The notes under the pieces were generated by a model. That model was not told the DNA's origin. It worked only from the letters and a program-made list of their open reading frames with translations, and ran no database searches. Shown in pieces: positions 24,895 through 34,138 of a DNA stretch of 64,000 bases. The translations under genes and the position numbers were made by a program. The stretch lies in IMG/VR virus record IMGVR_UViG_3300045988_122046; one strand, written 5' to 3'. How positions within the stretch are numbered: the stretch's first letter is position 1; each line of letters starts with the position of its first letter. This stretch comes from a virus.

Positions 24895-25635
24895 ATGAGC
24901 CATGTATATTGTTGTTCTGATCTTCATGGTCAGTATGATTTATGGGAAATGGTAAAAAATATTGTATATGCAGACAATAGTTTTTGCTATATTTTAGGTG
25001 ATTGTGTAGATAGAGGTCCAGCAGGATTTAAGATTTTAAAAGAAGTTCTTGAAGATTCTGAACATTTTTTCTTAATCTGCGGCAATCACGAACAGATGTT
25101 CGCAGATTCTATGCGGACAAAGCATTGCACAAGACTTCATTGTGCTAATGGTGGTCAATCTACTGTTGCAGAATGGGAAGAAGATGGAAGTAATGAAAAA
25201 TACATTGATATTATCGACAATCTTCCTAAGTGGTATCGTTATGATAATAAAAACGGAGAAGTTGTAATTTTATCTCATTCAGGTTTTACGCCTGGCCCGC
25301 ATTTAGGATTTCCGGAATTTGAAGATGATTTCATCTGGAATCGAGAGCATTTTGATGATGAGTGGGATGAAGAAGGTGGAATGGATAATGTAGTTATGAT
25401 TCATGGACATACTCCTGTTCCTCTTTTAAGTCATTATTGTTATGAGTATATGTGTGAGATGAGCGGAAAGAAAGCTTCTCCTGGAGCATATTTCTACTGC
25501 AAGGATTCTGCGGGCAAAGCTCATAAAATTGATATTGATGGTGGATGTTTCTTCACAGGAAGTTTACCATTAATTGATTTAGATACTTGGGAACAAAATG
25601 TACTGTTTGACGCAAATAGCGGTTTTGAGGATTAA
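24895..25635 (+). CDS. PPP-family Ser/Thr(-like) metallophosphatase (lambda-PPase/ApaH-like)
   Basis: SDLHGQYD, GDCVDRGP, GNHE motifs; start at ATG 24895 after RBS tgaggtg. Confidence 0.65.
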   Translation: MSHVYCCSDLHGQYDLWEMVKNIVYADNSFCYILGDCVDRGPAGFKILKEVLEDSEHFFLICGNHEQMFADSMRTKHCTRLHCANGGQSTVAEWEEDGSNEKYIDIIDNLPKWYRYDNKNGEVVILSHSGFTPGPHLGFPEFEDDFIWNREHFDDEWDEEGGMDNVVMIHGHTPVPLLSHYCYEYMCEMSGKKASPGAYFYCKDSAGKAHKIDIDGGCFFTGSLPLIDLDTWEQNVLFDANSGFED

Positions 25636-25639
25636 TAAA

Positions 25640-25942
25640 ATGACAAGATGTGATAAATGTGTAGCACCAAAAAGTCTTTGCATTAAATGCAGAGAAAATC
25701 CTATATATGCAGAAGTACCTCAGTATTCTCAGTTTCGGGTATATAATCCAGTATGTCCGAGAGGATATACGGATTGTGTAGGCGACCCTGCTTATATTAA
25801 ATGCTATCATCCAAGCTGGTATCAAAAGTTATATGGAGATTTAACTCCAGTTCAAGCTCTTGAAGTTCCTAATGGATGTATGGATTCTGTAAGAAAAGAT
25901 CCTGATGAGCATTTTTACTGTTATGATGATGAGGATAAGTAA
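25640..25942 (+). CDS. Cys-rich small protein
   Basis: CDKCVAPKSLCIKC ...; ATG 25640 just after upstream stop. Confidence 0.45.
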   Translation: MTRCDKCVAPKSLCIKCRENPIYAEVPQYSQFRVYNPVCPRGYTDCVGDPAYIKCYHPSWYQKLYGDLTPVQALEVPNGCMDSVRKDPDEHFYCYDDEDK

Positions 25943-25950
25943 TATGTAAA

Positions 25951-25979
25951 TTGATAAAATAAAAAAAATATAATATAAT
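25951..25979 (+). promoter_or_regulatory. conserved phage promoter
   Basis: TTGATA 25951-25956, TATAAT 25974-25979, leader TATAGAAAGTTAAAGAAAAG. Confidence 0.55.
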
Positions 25980-26004
25980 ATATATAGAAAGTTAAAGAAA
26001 AGAA

Positions 26005-26766
26005 ATGATAAAAAATGGATATGCTTTCGGTATTGATGATCCAAACTTTTCAGAAATCTTAGATAAAACTCTAAGAAATATAAGTGATATAATGGATCAT
26101 TGGGCTATTGTCAGAGATACAGAAAAAGAGCAGAAGGAAAGGAAAGAAGAGAATATGTTTGATTTTGGAAATATGTTTAATGGAATGTTTAAACCGGTAG
26201 CAAAAGGTTATTGTAAGATGGGCGCCAATGGTAAGATTGCCATTAAGGTACAGAATGGCTACAAAACTTTCAATGTTAAAACAATGAAACTTACAAACTG
26301 CGATAATTTCGCTTTTGATATGGATGGAGCATTTTGGGTAGTTCCTACATTTAAAGTTGCCGTTGGTGACATTATTCTGGTTAATAACGAACCAAGAGCA
26401 GTTATTGAGGTAGGAAAAAATTCCATTAAGACTTTCAGTTATAAAGACTCTACCATCCAGGAGACTATTCCAGAGCATCATGTTTTTATGGGAAAAACAT
26501 ACTGCTATGGCAAGATTTTCAGTCCGTTTATGAATATGACTAAGGACAATGGTTCTATGTCTTCTATGATGAGCATGATGATGATGAGCCAGATGTTTAA
26601 TGGAAATAACACAGGCGGTTCTATGAATATGGGCGGCATGAATCCTATGATGTTTATGATGATGGGAAATGGCGGAAACATGTTTGAGAATATGTTTGAT
26701 GGAGCTTTTGATTTCGGCGATGCCCCGGTGATTAATGCAGATGATGATGAGGAGGACGAAGACTAA
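26005..26766 (+). CDS. protein with Met/Gly/Asn-rich low-complexity region and acidic tail
   Basis: MSSMMSMMMMSQMFNGNNTGGSMNMGGMNPMMFMMMGNGGNMF... DDDEEDED; translationally coupled to following vWA gene. Confidence 0.5.
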   Translation: MIKNGYAFGIDDPNFSEILDKTLRNISDIMDHWAIVRDTEKEQKERKEENMFDFGNMFNGMFKPVAKGYCKMGANGKIAIKVQNGYKTFNVKTMKLTNCDNFAFDMDGAFWVVPTFKVAVGDIILVNNEPRAVIEVGKNSIKTFSYKDSTIQETIPEHHVFMGKTYCYGKIFSPFMNMTKDNGSMSSMMSMMMMSQMFNGNNTGGSMNMGGMNPMMFMMMGNGGNMFENMFDGAFDFGDAPVINADDDEEDED

Positions 26767-27686
26767 TGGGTGGAGGAAGTTGGACAACTAAGGCATTTAG
26801 TGATTATACATCTCGTTCAAGGGGAGTTTCCCTTGACGAGTTTGATACAATGGCTTTTTCAGCACAGGAGTTTTATACATCTCGTAAGCTTGACGCAGCT
26901 TTAAATCCAAAAGGAGTAATGCGTGAATGTTGTGATTCTGACGAACATCCGCATACAGTTCCAGTTATTCTGGCACTTGATGTAACTGGTTCTATGGGCG
27001 GCGCCGCAGTCCAGGTTGCTAAGAAATTGAATGAGATTATGACTGATATTTATGCAGATAACTCTATTAAGGATGTTGAGTTTTGCGTAATGGGAATCGG
27101 AGACCTTGCTTATGACAGAGCACCAATTCAGATGTCTCAGTTTGAATCTGATATTAGAATTGCGGAGCAGCTTGATAAGATGTATTTTGAAGGTGGTGGC
27201 GGTGGTAATAGCTTTGAATCCTATACAGCCGCTTGGTACATGGGATTAAATCATTGTAAACTTGACTGCTGGGATAGAGGTCAGAAAGGTATTATCATTA
27301 CAATGGGAGATGAAAAGCCAAATCCTTATCTACCAAAATGGGGATTGGTTGATTCCACAGGAGATTCTCTTCAGGGTGATGTTGAAACAGAAGATTTAAA
27401 GAAAGAAGTTTTTGATAAATTTGATGTTTACCATATCTCCATTGATGATAAAGAAAGCTCTTATCAGTGGCTGTGCAGCAGACATCCAGACTTAGACGAG
27501 TCTTGGAAAGAACTTGTAGGAAATGACCATTATTTTGTATCTGGTTTAAATGGTCTTGCAAAGATTATTACAGATATTGTAATTAGTCATGGAAGTGAAA
27601 CAGGAACAGCTTTTGAAACTGGTCCAGTTAAAATTGACATTAATGATAATGATACAGCTTCTTCTGAAGTGAGCTGGGATATTTAA
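26766..27686 (+). CDS. vWA-domain protein
   Basis: MIDAS motif LALDVTGSMGG. Confidence 0.65.
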   Translation: MGGGSWTTKAFSDYTSRSRGVSLDEFDTMAFSAQEFYTSRKLDAALNPKGVMRECCDSDEHPHTVPVILALDVTGSMGGAAVQVAKKLNEIMTDIYADNSIKDVEFCVMGIGDLAYDRAPIQMSQFESDIRIAEQLDKMYFEGGGGGNSFESYTAAWYMGLNHCKLDCWDRGQKGIIITMGDEKPNPYLPKWGLVDSTGDSLQGDVETEDLKKEVFDKFDVYHISIDDKESSYQWLCSRHPDLDESWKELVGNDHYFVSGLNGLAKIITDIVISHGSETGTAFETGPVKIDINDNDTASSEVSWDI

Positions 27687-27691
27687 AATAT

Positions 27692-27722
27692 AAAAGGAGG
27701 ACAATAGTCCTCCTTTGATTTT
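27692..27722 (+). terminator. rho-independent terminator fused to promoter
   Basis: aaggagga-caatag-tcctcctt + tgatttttt. Confidence 0.6.
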
Positions 27723-27743
27723 TTATTAAAAATATAATATAAT
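27715..27743 (+). promoter_or_regulatory. conserved phage promoter
   Basis: TTGATT 27715-27720, TATAAT 27738-27743. Confidence 0.6.
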
Positions 27744-27773
27744 ATATATAGAAAGTTAAGGAAGGTGTTTTTT

Positions 27774-28076
27774 ATGAGAGTTTATATTTATGCAACTGAA
27801 GGTACTTATCAAGGATTGCATGGAATCTATAATTGTCAAGTTGTAGATGTAAATGACATTGAAGAAGCCAATGATTATGGTTATGAAATGGCTTATAATG
27901 TTGCTGAATCTTTTGGATTAAATGATGAAGATGAAACTGTTGAGCAGGAATATAATTGGATTATTTATTCTATTAAAGATTCTGTTAAAGAGACAGCCGA
28001 TGAGCTTGATCTAATTTGTGCGAGAATGGGCTTTGAAACTTTTGTAGATAAATACTGTGATGAAAGGTTAGATTAA
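27774..28076 (+). CDS. hypothetical acidic protein
   Basis: RBS aaggaaggtg; ATG 27774. Confidence 0.5.
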   Translation: MRVYIYATEGTYQGLHGIYNCQVVDVNDIEEANDYGYEMAYNVAESFGLNDEDETVEQEYNWIIYSIKDSVKETADELDLICARMGFETFVDKYCDERLD

Positions 28077-28077
28077 G

Positions 28078-29256
28078 ATGAAAGAAAGTAAAATTGTTAT
28101 TGGAGCAAACTTTGGAGATGAAGGAAAAGGTCTTGTAACAAATCATTTTTGTGAAGATGCTCTTAATCGAGGTTTAAAGCCAGTAGTAATCTTTCACAAT
28201 GGAACGGCTCAGCGTGGTCATACAGTTGATTATACAACCAAATTACGGCATGTATATCATCATTTTGGAAGCGGAACCGCAAAAGGAGTCCCAACTTTTT
28301 TTGCGAAAACCTTTTTTATTCATCCTATGACTTATACAAAGGAGTATTATGAATTATTAGAACAGCATTTATTTCCTTTGAATTTAAAAGGATATGTTGA
28401 TCCAGAAGCAAAAGTAATTACTCCTTTTGATATGATGATTGACCATATTACAGAAAATTGGATTGCGGAGCAAAATGGTGAAAGAGAATATGGTTCTTGC
28501 GGTTTTGGCTCTTGGTGTGCTATTGAGGATAGATATGGCGATCCTACAATGAAGACTCATTTTACGGTTGCTGATTTTGCAAGCTGGACAGACGAAGAAT
28601 ATCTTTTTCATATGGAAGAAATTTGGAGAGACTGTCTTGTAATTCTTTTTAAACGTGGAGTGCGGCTTGATAAAATTACTACTTACAGAGAATATTTTGA
28701 TAAATATTCTGTTGGTAGACAGTCTTTAATTTGTAATTTTAGAAGTGATATATTATTTTTCCTTGAGAGAAATGAAATTATTACTTTTGATAATCTTTAT
28801 AATAAGTTTGATAGTTTTATCTTTGAGAATGGTCAGGGATTAGGACTTGATTTTTATTATGATGATATTTGGCATACCACTTCCCGCACAGGAGTAACAT
28901 ATCCTTTTGAAATTTTAGCAGATAAAAAAGATGTTTCAGTTGATGCTTGTTATGTAACACGCTCATATGTGACCAGACATGGAGTTGGTCCTATTGAACA
29001 GGAAGCTCAGAAAAAAGAAATCAATACAGAGATGTTTGATAAAACAAATGTACACAATGATTTCCAGGGTGGCTTAAGATATGGTGTAATGAAAAAGAGT
29101 GATGTAATTACTCGAATTAACAATGATTTTGAAAAAGTCAAACTTGACACAAGATTTTCTAAAAAAATCATCATTACCCATTGTAATGAATACGCTCCGC
29201 AAATTGAAGGAGACTATTATAGCGACAATCCTTTTGGAATTATGCAAAGGAGATAA
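28078..29256 (+). CDS. adenylosuccinate synthetase family protein (PurA/PurZ-like)
   Basis: N-terminal P-loop IGANFGDEGKGLV (PurA GxxWGDEGKGK), HNGTAQRGHTV (GGHNAGHT), GSCGFGSWCAIEDRYGD (GTTGRGIGPAYEDK). Confidence 0.7.
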   Translation: MKESKIVIGANFGDEGKGLVTNHFCEDALNRGLKPVVIFHNGTAQRGHTVDYTTKLRHVYHHFGSGTAKGVPTFFAKTFFIHPMTYTKEYYELLEQHLFPLNLKGYVDPEAKVITPFDMMIDHITENWIAEQNGEREYGSCGFGSWCAIEDRYGDPTMKTHFTVADFASWTDEEYLFHMEEIWRDCLVILFKRGVRLDKITTYREYFDKYSVGRQSLICNFRSDILFFLERNEIITFDNLYNKFDSFIFENGQGLGLDFYYDDIWHTTSRTGVTYPFEILADKKDVSVDACYVTRSYVTRHGVGPIEQEAQKKEINTEMFDKTNVHNDFQGGLRYGVMKKSDVITRINNDFEKVKLDTRFSKKIIITHCNEYAPQIEGDYYSDNPFGIMQRR

Positions 29257-29258
29257 GA

Positions 29259-29483
29259 ATGAAGAAAGAAATGAAAGACGTTACATTTGACGAGTTCTCT
29301 GAATGGGCTAATAGACGAGCTTGTGATGGGCAATGGTCAATGCTTACTGCTATGGTCAGTGCAGAAGCAATATCAGAAGTTATGAAAGTTAAATCTATTT
29401 TCCACCGAAAAAAGAAGAGAGAAGAGGCTTGGGAAAAAATTAAGGCTGAAAATTTTATGTTAGATGCAGAAATTGATATTTAA
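29259..29483 (+). CDS. hypothetical protein
   Basis: ATG 2 nt after upstream stop. Confidence 0.45.
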   Translation: MKKEMKDVTFDEFSEWANRRACDGQWSMLTAMVSAEAISEVMKVKSIFHRKKKREEAWEKIKAENFMLDAEIDI

Positions 29484-29512
29484 TTGATATTTTATAAAAA
29501 ATATTATATAAT
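29484..29512 (+). promoter_or_regulatory. conserved phage promoter, copy followed immediately by a palindromic hairpin (orphan promoter)
   Basis: TTGATA 29484-29489, TATAAT 29507-29512; leader AGAAAGTTAAGGAAAGG is part of the hairpin 29529-29554. Confidence 0.5.
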
Positions 29513-29528
29513 ATATATAGAAAGTTAA

Positions 29529-29554
29529 GGAAAGGATTTTAAAAATCCTTTCCG
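29529..29554 (+). other. perfect 13-bp palindromic hairpin ggaaaggattttt/aaaaatcctttcc
   Basis: Read directly; lies between two tandem promoter copies. Confidence 0.5.
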
Positions 29555-29575
29555 ATACTCAATAAAATATCTTAA

Positions 29576-29604
29576 TTGATATTTTATAAAAAATATTATA
29601 TAAT
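29576..29604 (+). promoter_or_regulatory. conserved phage promoter (second tandem copy)
   Basis: TTGATA 29576-29581, TATAAT 29599-29604. Confidence 0.55.
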
Positions 29605-29640
29605 ATATATGTAATAAATAATTAAAAGGAATTGATACTA

Positions 29641-29982
29641 ATGGGACGAAGAAATGGAAAAATGATAATCAATGATTTTTATTGTATGAATTGCGGTCAT
29701 AAAAATATGAGTTTACCACGTCGGAATAGTCATCAGCATGGTAGATTTCATAGAAAGAAAATGTACTGTGTATTCTGCAAACAAGAAGTAAATCATATTG
29801 AATGTAAATCATATGAGGATGTTCTTGAGTTTAAAGAAAATTTTGAAAATGGGGTGTATAAAGATGAAGCACAAGATTCTCTTTCTTATGTGCGGTCCAG
29901 CGGGATCAGGAAAGACGACTTACGTCAAGAAGGAAATGGCACAGGCGACAACTTACAAGTGTGTACATGTGTCAAGAGATGA
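29641..29982 (+). CDS. zinc-ribbon protein; 3' end overlaps kinase gene in another frame
   Basis: CMNCGH...CVFCKQ; RBS aaaaggaattgatactaATG; true stop uncertain. Confidence 0.4.
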   Translation: MGRRNGKMIINDFYCMNCGHKNMSLPRRNSHQHGRFHRKKMYCVFCKQEVNHIECKSYEDVLEFKENFENGVYKDEAQDSLSYVRSSGIRKDDLRQEGNGTGDNLQVCTCVKR

Positions 29983-30382
29983 AGTAAGAGCTGAGTTCTT
30001 AAAGGAAGATGATAAAAACATCTTTAAGTATGAAGATGATGTCTTCGATGAGTTCTGTAATAGAATTAAAAACGCTTTGAATGAAGCAACTGATGATATT
30101 GCAGTTTTTGCAGATGCAACTCATCTGAGTGAAAAAGCAAGAAATCGAGTTCTTGATAGACTTGATTTAGATGGAATAGATATTATTCCAGTTGTATTTA
30201 ATTTACCACTTGCTCAGATTCTTGCTCAGAATGAGAATCGAAAAGGAATGGGGCGGGCTTATGTTCCAAGAGGAACAATCAGAAGAATGTTTTATACTTT
30301 TGATAAGCCAACTTACAATGAAAAATATACCTACAAACATATTTTGATTGTAGGAGATGCTGATAAGGAGTATGTAGAATGA
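29864..30382 (+). CDS. polynucleotide 5'-kinase (T4 Pnk kinase-domain-like P-loop kinase)
   Basis: Walker A CGPAGSGKTT; overall colinear with T4 Pnk kinase domain incl. NRKGMGRAYVPRGTIRRMF vs NSKRGTKAVPIDVLRSMY; RBS ggggtg. Confidence 0.55.
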   Translation: MKHKILFLMCGPAGSGKTTYVKKEMAQATTYKCVHVSRDEVRAEFLKEDDKNIFKYEDDVFDEFCNRIKNALNEATDDIAVFADATHLSEKARNRVLDRLDLDGIDIIPVVFNLPLAQILAQNENRKGMGRAYVPRGTIRRMFYTFDKPTYNEKYTYKHILIVGDADKEYVE

Positions 30383-30930
30383 TTTATGTGACTTCAGATC
30401 TTCATTTTCGTCATGATAAGTCTTTTATTTACGAACCAAGAGGTTTTCCGAATATTATTGACCATGATGAAGAAATTATTAGAAGATGGAATGAGCTGGT
30501 ACAGCCAGAAGATGAAGTGTATATCTTAGGCGACTTAATGCTGAAAGATAATGAACATGGACTCGAATGTTTAAAACGGCTGAATGGTAAAAAGTATTTT
30601 ATCATTGGAAACCATGATACAAATACAAGAGTTAATCTTTATAAAGAAAATGGTCTTGAATGCCTTGGATATTCAACAATTTTAAAATATAAAAAATATA
30701 ATTTTTATATGAGTCATTATCCAACATTAACTGGTAATGTTGATGATTCAGGATTACATCATATGACTTTAAATTTATTTGGTCATACACATCAGAATGT
30801 TAATTTTTATGAAGATAACTTTTTTATGTATCATGTAGGAGTTGATTCTCATAACTGTTATCCAGTTTCACTTGATACAGTTATTGAAGATATAAAAAAT
30901 AAATATGAGGAGTGTAAAGATATGCTATGA
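30379..30930 (+). CDS. calcineurin-like metallophosphoesterase (candidate RNA-end phosphatase partner of the kinase)
   Basis: SDLHFRHD, GDLML, GNHD motifs; 4-nt overlap with kinase gene. Confidence 0.6.
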   Translation: MIYVTSDLHFRHDKSFIYEPRGFPNIIDHDEEIIRRWNELVQPEDEVYILGDLMLKDNEHGLECLKRLNGKKYFIIGNHDTNTRVNLYKENGLECLGYSTILKYKKYNFYMSHYPTLTGNVDDSGLHHMTLNLFGHTHQNVNFYEDNFFMYHVGVDSHNCYPVSLDTVIEDIKNKYEECKDML

Positions 30931-31196
30931 GCCATTTAATTGGGTATAAGAGCTATGACGGCTCTACAAAAGAATCCCAAATTTTACGAGATTTAAACAG
31001 TTTTGCTTATGACCCGCAAGAATCAAGTGGGTATCATGGAAATTTAACTTTTCATAAAAATGCAGTTTATAGAAATAAAAATGAAGCTGTTCAAAAACTT
31101 AAAAGTTTGGTAACAACGTCATATGATGACCATGCTGTTCTCTATAAAGAAGATGGCAAAGAATATTGGTTAGTAAAATATGAGTATCATTGTTGA
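30927..31196 (+). CDS. hypothetical protein
   Basis: translationally coupled. Confidence 0.45.
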   Translation: MSHLIGYKSYDGSTKESQILRDLNSFAYDPQESSGYHGNLTFHKNAVYRNKNEAVQKLKSLVTTSYDDHAVLYKEDGKEYWLVKYEYHC

Positions 31197-31244
31197 ACCT
31201 TGAAAATTAAATAAATTATTATATGAGAAAAAGGAGTTAAGTAC

Positions 31245-32777
31245 ATGAATATTTTAAGTTCAATTCTTCCATTTATCCCTGTAATTATTATTGCAGTGGT
31301 ATTGATTGCGGTCCTTGCAACAGGATATGTAAAGTCCTCACCGGATGTAGCTTATATCATCTCTGGTCCGCACAAGAAACCTCGAATCTTGATTGGTAAA
31401 TCCGGTATTAAGATTCCTTTCTTTGAGAAACTTGATAAGTTGTCTCTTGGTGCGATTCAGATTGATGTAAAAACTCGTACCGCTGTTCCAACAGCAGAAT
31501 ACATCAATGTAAAAGTTGATTCTACTGTTTCTGTACAGGTTGGAAGAACTGATGAAATGATTGCACTTGCGGCTCAGAACTTCTTGAACGTTAAACGTGA
31601 AGTAATTGCAGAAAGAGTCAATGACCTTCTGGAAGGTAATATCCGTGAAATCGTTGGTCAGATGAAACTGACTGAGATGGTATCTGATAGAAAAGCGTTT
31701 AGCGAAAAAGTCCAGCAGAATGTAGTTCCTGATCTTGCCAGATTTGGACTTGAGCTTGTTTCCTTTAATGTTCAGAACTTTTCTGATGAGGGTGGCGTTA
31801 TTGATAACTTAGGTATTGATAACGTTGAGCAGATTAGAAAGAATGCGGCAATTGCTAAATCTGATGCACAGAGAGAAATTGCTGTTGCTGAGGCAGCCAA
31901 CGCAAAGAAATCTAATGATGCTAAAGTTCAGGCAGCTGAGGAAATTGCAGTTCGTAACAACGAGTTCGAGATGAAGCAGGCAGACCTCAAAAAGACTGCT
32001 GATACTGCAAAGGCTCAGGCTAATGCGGCACAGGCAATTGAGGAAGAGAAACAGCGTCAGTTAAAAGACGTTGCTGCTACTGAAGCAGATATTGCTCGTC
32101 AGGAAAAGCAGATTGAGTTGAAAGAAAGAGAAGTTGCTATTAAAGAGCGTGCTCTGGAAGCTGAAGTTAAGAAAACTGCTGAAGCTGAGAAATATGCAGT
32201 ACAGCAGAGAGCAGATGCTAAACTGTATGAAACTCAGAAGAAATCTGAAGCTGAGTTGTTCGAGAGAACAAAGCAGGCAGAAGCTGCTCTTGCAGAAGCA
32301 CAGAGAGATGCAGATGCTAAGAAAGCTCTTGCAGAAGCCGTAAAAGCACAGGGTGAAGCTGATGCAGCTGCAGCCCAGGCAAAAGGTGAAGCAGAAGCTG
32401 CTGCTATTAGAGCTAAACTTGAAGCTGAGGCTGAAGGTCTTCAGAAAAAAGCAGAGGCTATGAAGCAGTATGGTGAAGCTGCTAAGCAGGACATGCAGTT
32501 ACAGGCACTTAAAGTGTACTTCGAACAGTTACCGGCAATCGCTGAAGCTGTTGGTAAGGGATACACAAATGTTGATAAGATTATGATGTTCGGTGGAGAC
32601 ACTTCTAAGCTTGCGGGCGACATCATGACTAATGTAACTCAGGTATCTGAAGGACTGAGCGAATCTCTTGGAATTGACCTGAAGACTCTTCTGGCTGGTT
32701 TCATGGGTGGTAACTTAGCCGCAAATAAAGGCGTAACTATTAACGCTGATACAGTTGTTACTCCTACTGAAGAGTAA
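31245..32777 (+). CDS. flotillin / SPFH (band-7) family membrane protein
   Basis: N-terminal TM helix, SPFH core, long Ala/Glu/Lys coiled coil (AEAEAKAE... repeats). Confidence 0.7.
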   Translation: MNILSSILPFIPVIIIAVVLIAVLATGYVKSSPDVAYIISGPHKKPRILIGKSGIKIPFFEKLDKLSLGAIQIDVKTRTAVPTAEYINVKVDSTVSVQVGRTDEMIALAAQNFLNVKREVIAERVNDLLEGNIREIVGQMKLTEMVSDRKAFSEKVQQNVVPDLARFGLELVSFNVQNFSDEGGVIDNLGIDNVEQIRKNAAIAKSDAQREIAVAEAANAKKSNDAKVQAAEEIAVRNNEFEMKQADLKKTADTAKAQANAAQAIEEEKQRQLKDVAATEADIARQEKQIELKEREVAIKERALEAEVKKTAEAEKYAVQQRADAKLYETQKKSEAELFERTKQAEAALAEAQRDADAKKALAEAVKAQGEADAAAAQAKGEAEAAAIRAKLEAEAEGLQKKAEAMKQYGEAAKQDMQLQALKVYFEQLPAIAEAVGKGYTNVDKIMMFGGDTSKLAGDIMTNVTQVSEGLSESLGIDLKTLLAGFMGGNLAANKGVTINADTVVTPTEE

Positions 32778-32830
32778 TTAACTGGGAGGGGCTTTTAAGC
32801 CCCTCTTTTTTTTATAAGAAAGGATTAAGT

Positions 32831-33217
32831 ATGGAAATTATTTATTTTGAAGTTAATGATTGGAGTCCAGGAAGAGACTGTCCGGATTGTGAACCTTTTA
32901 ATACTTGGCTAAATATTGATAATTTAACTTTTAGAAATAAACAATGGCTGATTGAAAATAAAATTATTGTGGTTGAAACAATAATTGATATGTCATTAAA
33001 TTATTGCGTTACAGCTCCAAAAGAATGGGTTGAGAAAAACTGTCCTTGTATTTTAAATTCTAAATTTATTAGAGAACCAAATGAAAATAATGAAGTATTT
33101 GGAAGATTTGGTTGTCCTTTTAAACCTTATACTGAAGAAAATTTAGGATACTGGTTTGCGGGCTGGGATGAATTTGACCGCTGGGAACCTAAACGAGAAG
33201 ATGAAATAGAGTCTTAA
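32831..33217 (+). CDS. hypothetical protein
   Basis: RBS agaaaggattaagt. Confidence 0.5.
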   Translation: MEIIYFEVNDWSPGRDCPDCEPFNTWLNIDNLTFRNKQWLIENKIIVVETIIDMSLNYCVTAPKEWVEKNCPCILNSKFIREPNENNEVFGRFGCPFKPYTEENLGYWFAGWDEFDRWEPKREDEIES

Positions 33218-33234
33218 AAGACTCTATTTTTTTT
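33205..33234 (+). terminator. rho-independent terminator
   Basis: atagagtctt-aa-aagactctat + T8. Confidence 0.6.
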
Positions 33235-33326
33235 GTGCCAGAAAATTCGGGCTCGTAGGCGCCCTCAGCGGTCGTTGCCGCTTAAAAATCGCACCCACCA
33301 ATTTTTTTTAGCAAAATGTCCCCTTT
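33235..33326 (+). repeat. GC-rich intergenic element, copy 3 (diverged) of terminator-element-promoter module
   Basis: TTTTTTTTGTGCCAG...CGGGCTCGTAGGCGCCCTCAGCGGTCGTTGCCGC...TTTTTTAGCAAAATGTCCCC shares ends with copies at 11527 and 58929. Confidence 0.4.
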
Positions 33327-33355
33327 TTGATTTTCCCTTATTTTTGTGATATAAT
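33327..33355 (+). promoter_or_regulatory. conserved phage promoter
   Basis: TTGATT 33327-33332, TATAAT 33350-33355. Confidence 0.5.
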
Positions 33356-33384
33356 ATTTTTATATAATATAAGGAGGACTTGAT

Positions 33385-33843
33385 ATGAAACAAGAACCTA
33401 AGTTCTACTGGGATGATACTACTAAAACTGCAACTTGCATTTTAGCAGATGGAAATAATATATTCACAGGTATTGCCAGCGTACATCCAGATGATATGGA
33501 TATGGCTAACGAAAAGACTGGATATCAAATTGCTTTATGGAGAGCAGAGATTAAATATTACACTCATATTCGTGATAATGAATTAAAACCAGCTTTTAAA
33601 GCATTAAAAAAAGTGATGGATGAAATGAAGTATAGTAAAAAATTTAATCCAAAATCTTACGAAAATAGGTCTTTGCAGAGAAACTTCTATCAAGTAGAAT
33701 CTGACTTAGATACAGTTCGTGATTTACTAACTCATACTAAGCAAAAACTTAAACAATATATTTCTGAAAAAGAAAAATTCTATCAAAAAATTAGAGCCAA
33801 TAGAACAAAGAAGGACGATGTAGGACAAAAACCTTCAATTTAA
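33385..33843 (+). CDS. hypothetical protein
   Basis: RBS aaggaggacttgat. Confidence 0.5.
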   Translation: MKQEPKFYWDDTTKTATCILADGNNIFTGIASVHPDDMDMANEKTGYQIALWRAEIKYYTHIRDNELKPAFKALKKVMDEMKYSKKFNPKSYENRSLQRNFYQVESDLDTVRDLLTHTKQKLKQYISEKEKFYQKIRANRTKKDDVGQKPSI

Positions 33844-33889
33844 TCTCTCTATTTTCAAATATATATAAGGAGTTAAAAAGGAGGAACGA

Positions 33890-34138
33890 ATGATTCAAAA
33901 CTTAATATTTTTTATTTTAGGAATAATTTTTATTGAATTAATAATTCCTGTAATAGAGGCTCTAACAATAGTAATTGTCACTGCTTTAGAGGTTGCCAAA
34001 GGCAAACTAAACATGACAATTTCTAAATATAATATACAAATCCAAAAGATGGCAGAAGAACTTGAGCCAGAAAATACACACGCCATTGGATTTGTAGTAC
34101 AAAATAATGAACCAGAGGAAGAAGAGGAAGACGAATGA
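33890..34138 (+). CDS. small membrane protein with acidic tail
   Basis: hydrophobic N-half, C-terminal EPEEEEEDE. Confidence 0.4.
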   Translation: MIQNLIFFILGIIFIELIIPVIEALTIVIVTALEVAKGKLNMTISKYNIQIQKMAEELEPENTHAIGFVVQNNEPEEEEEDE

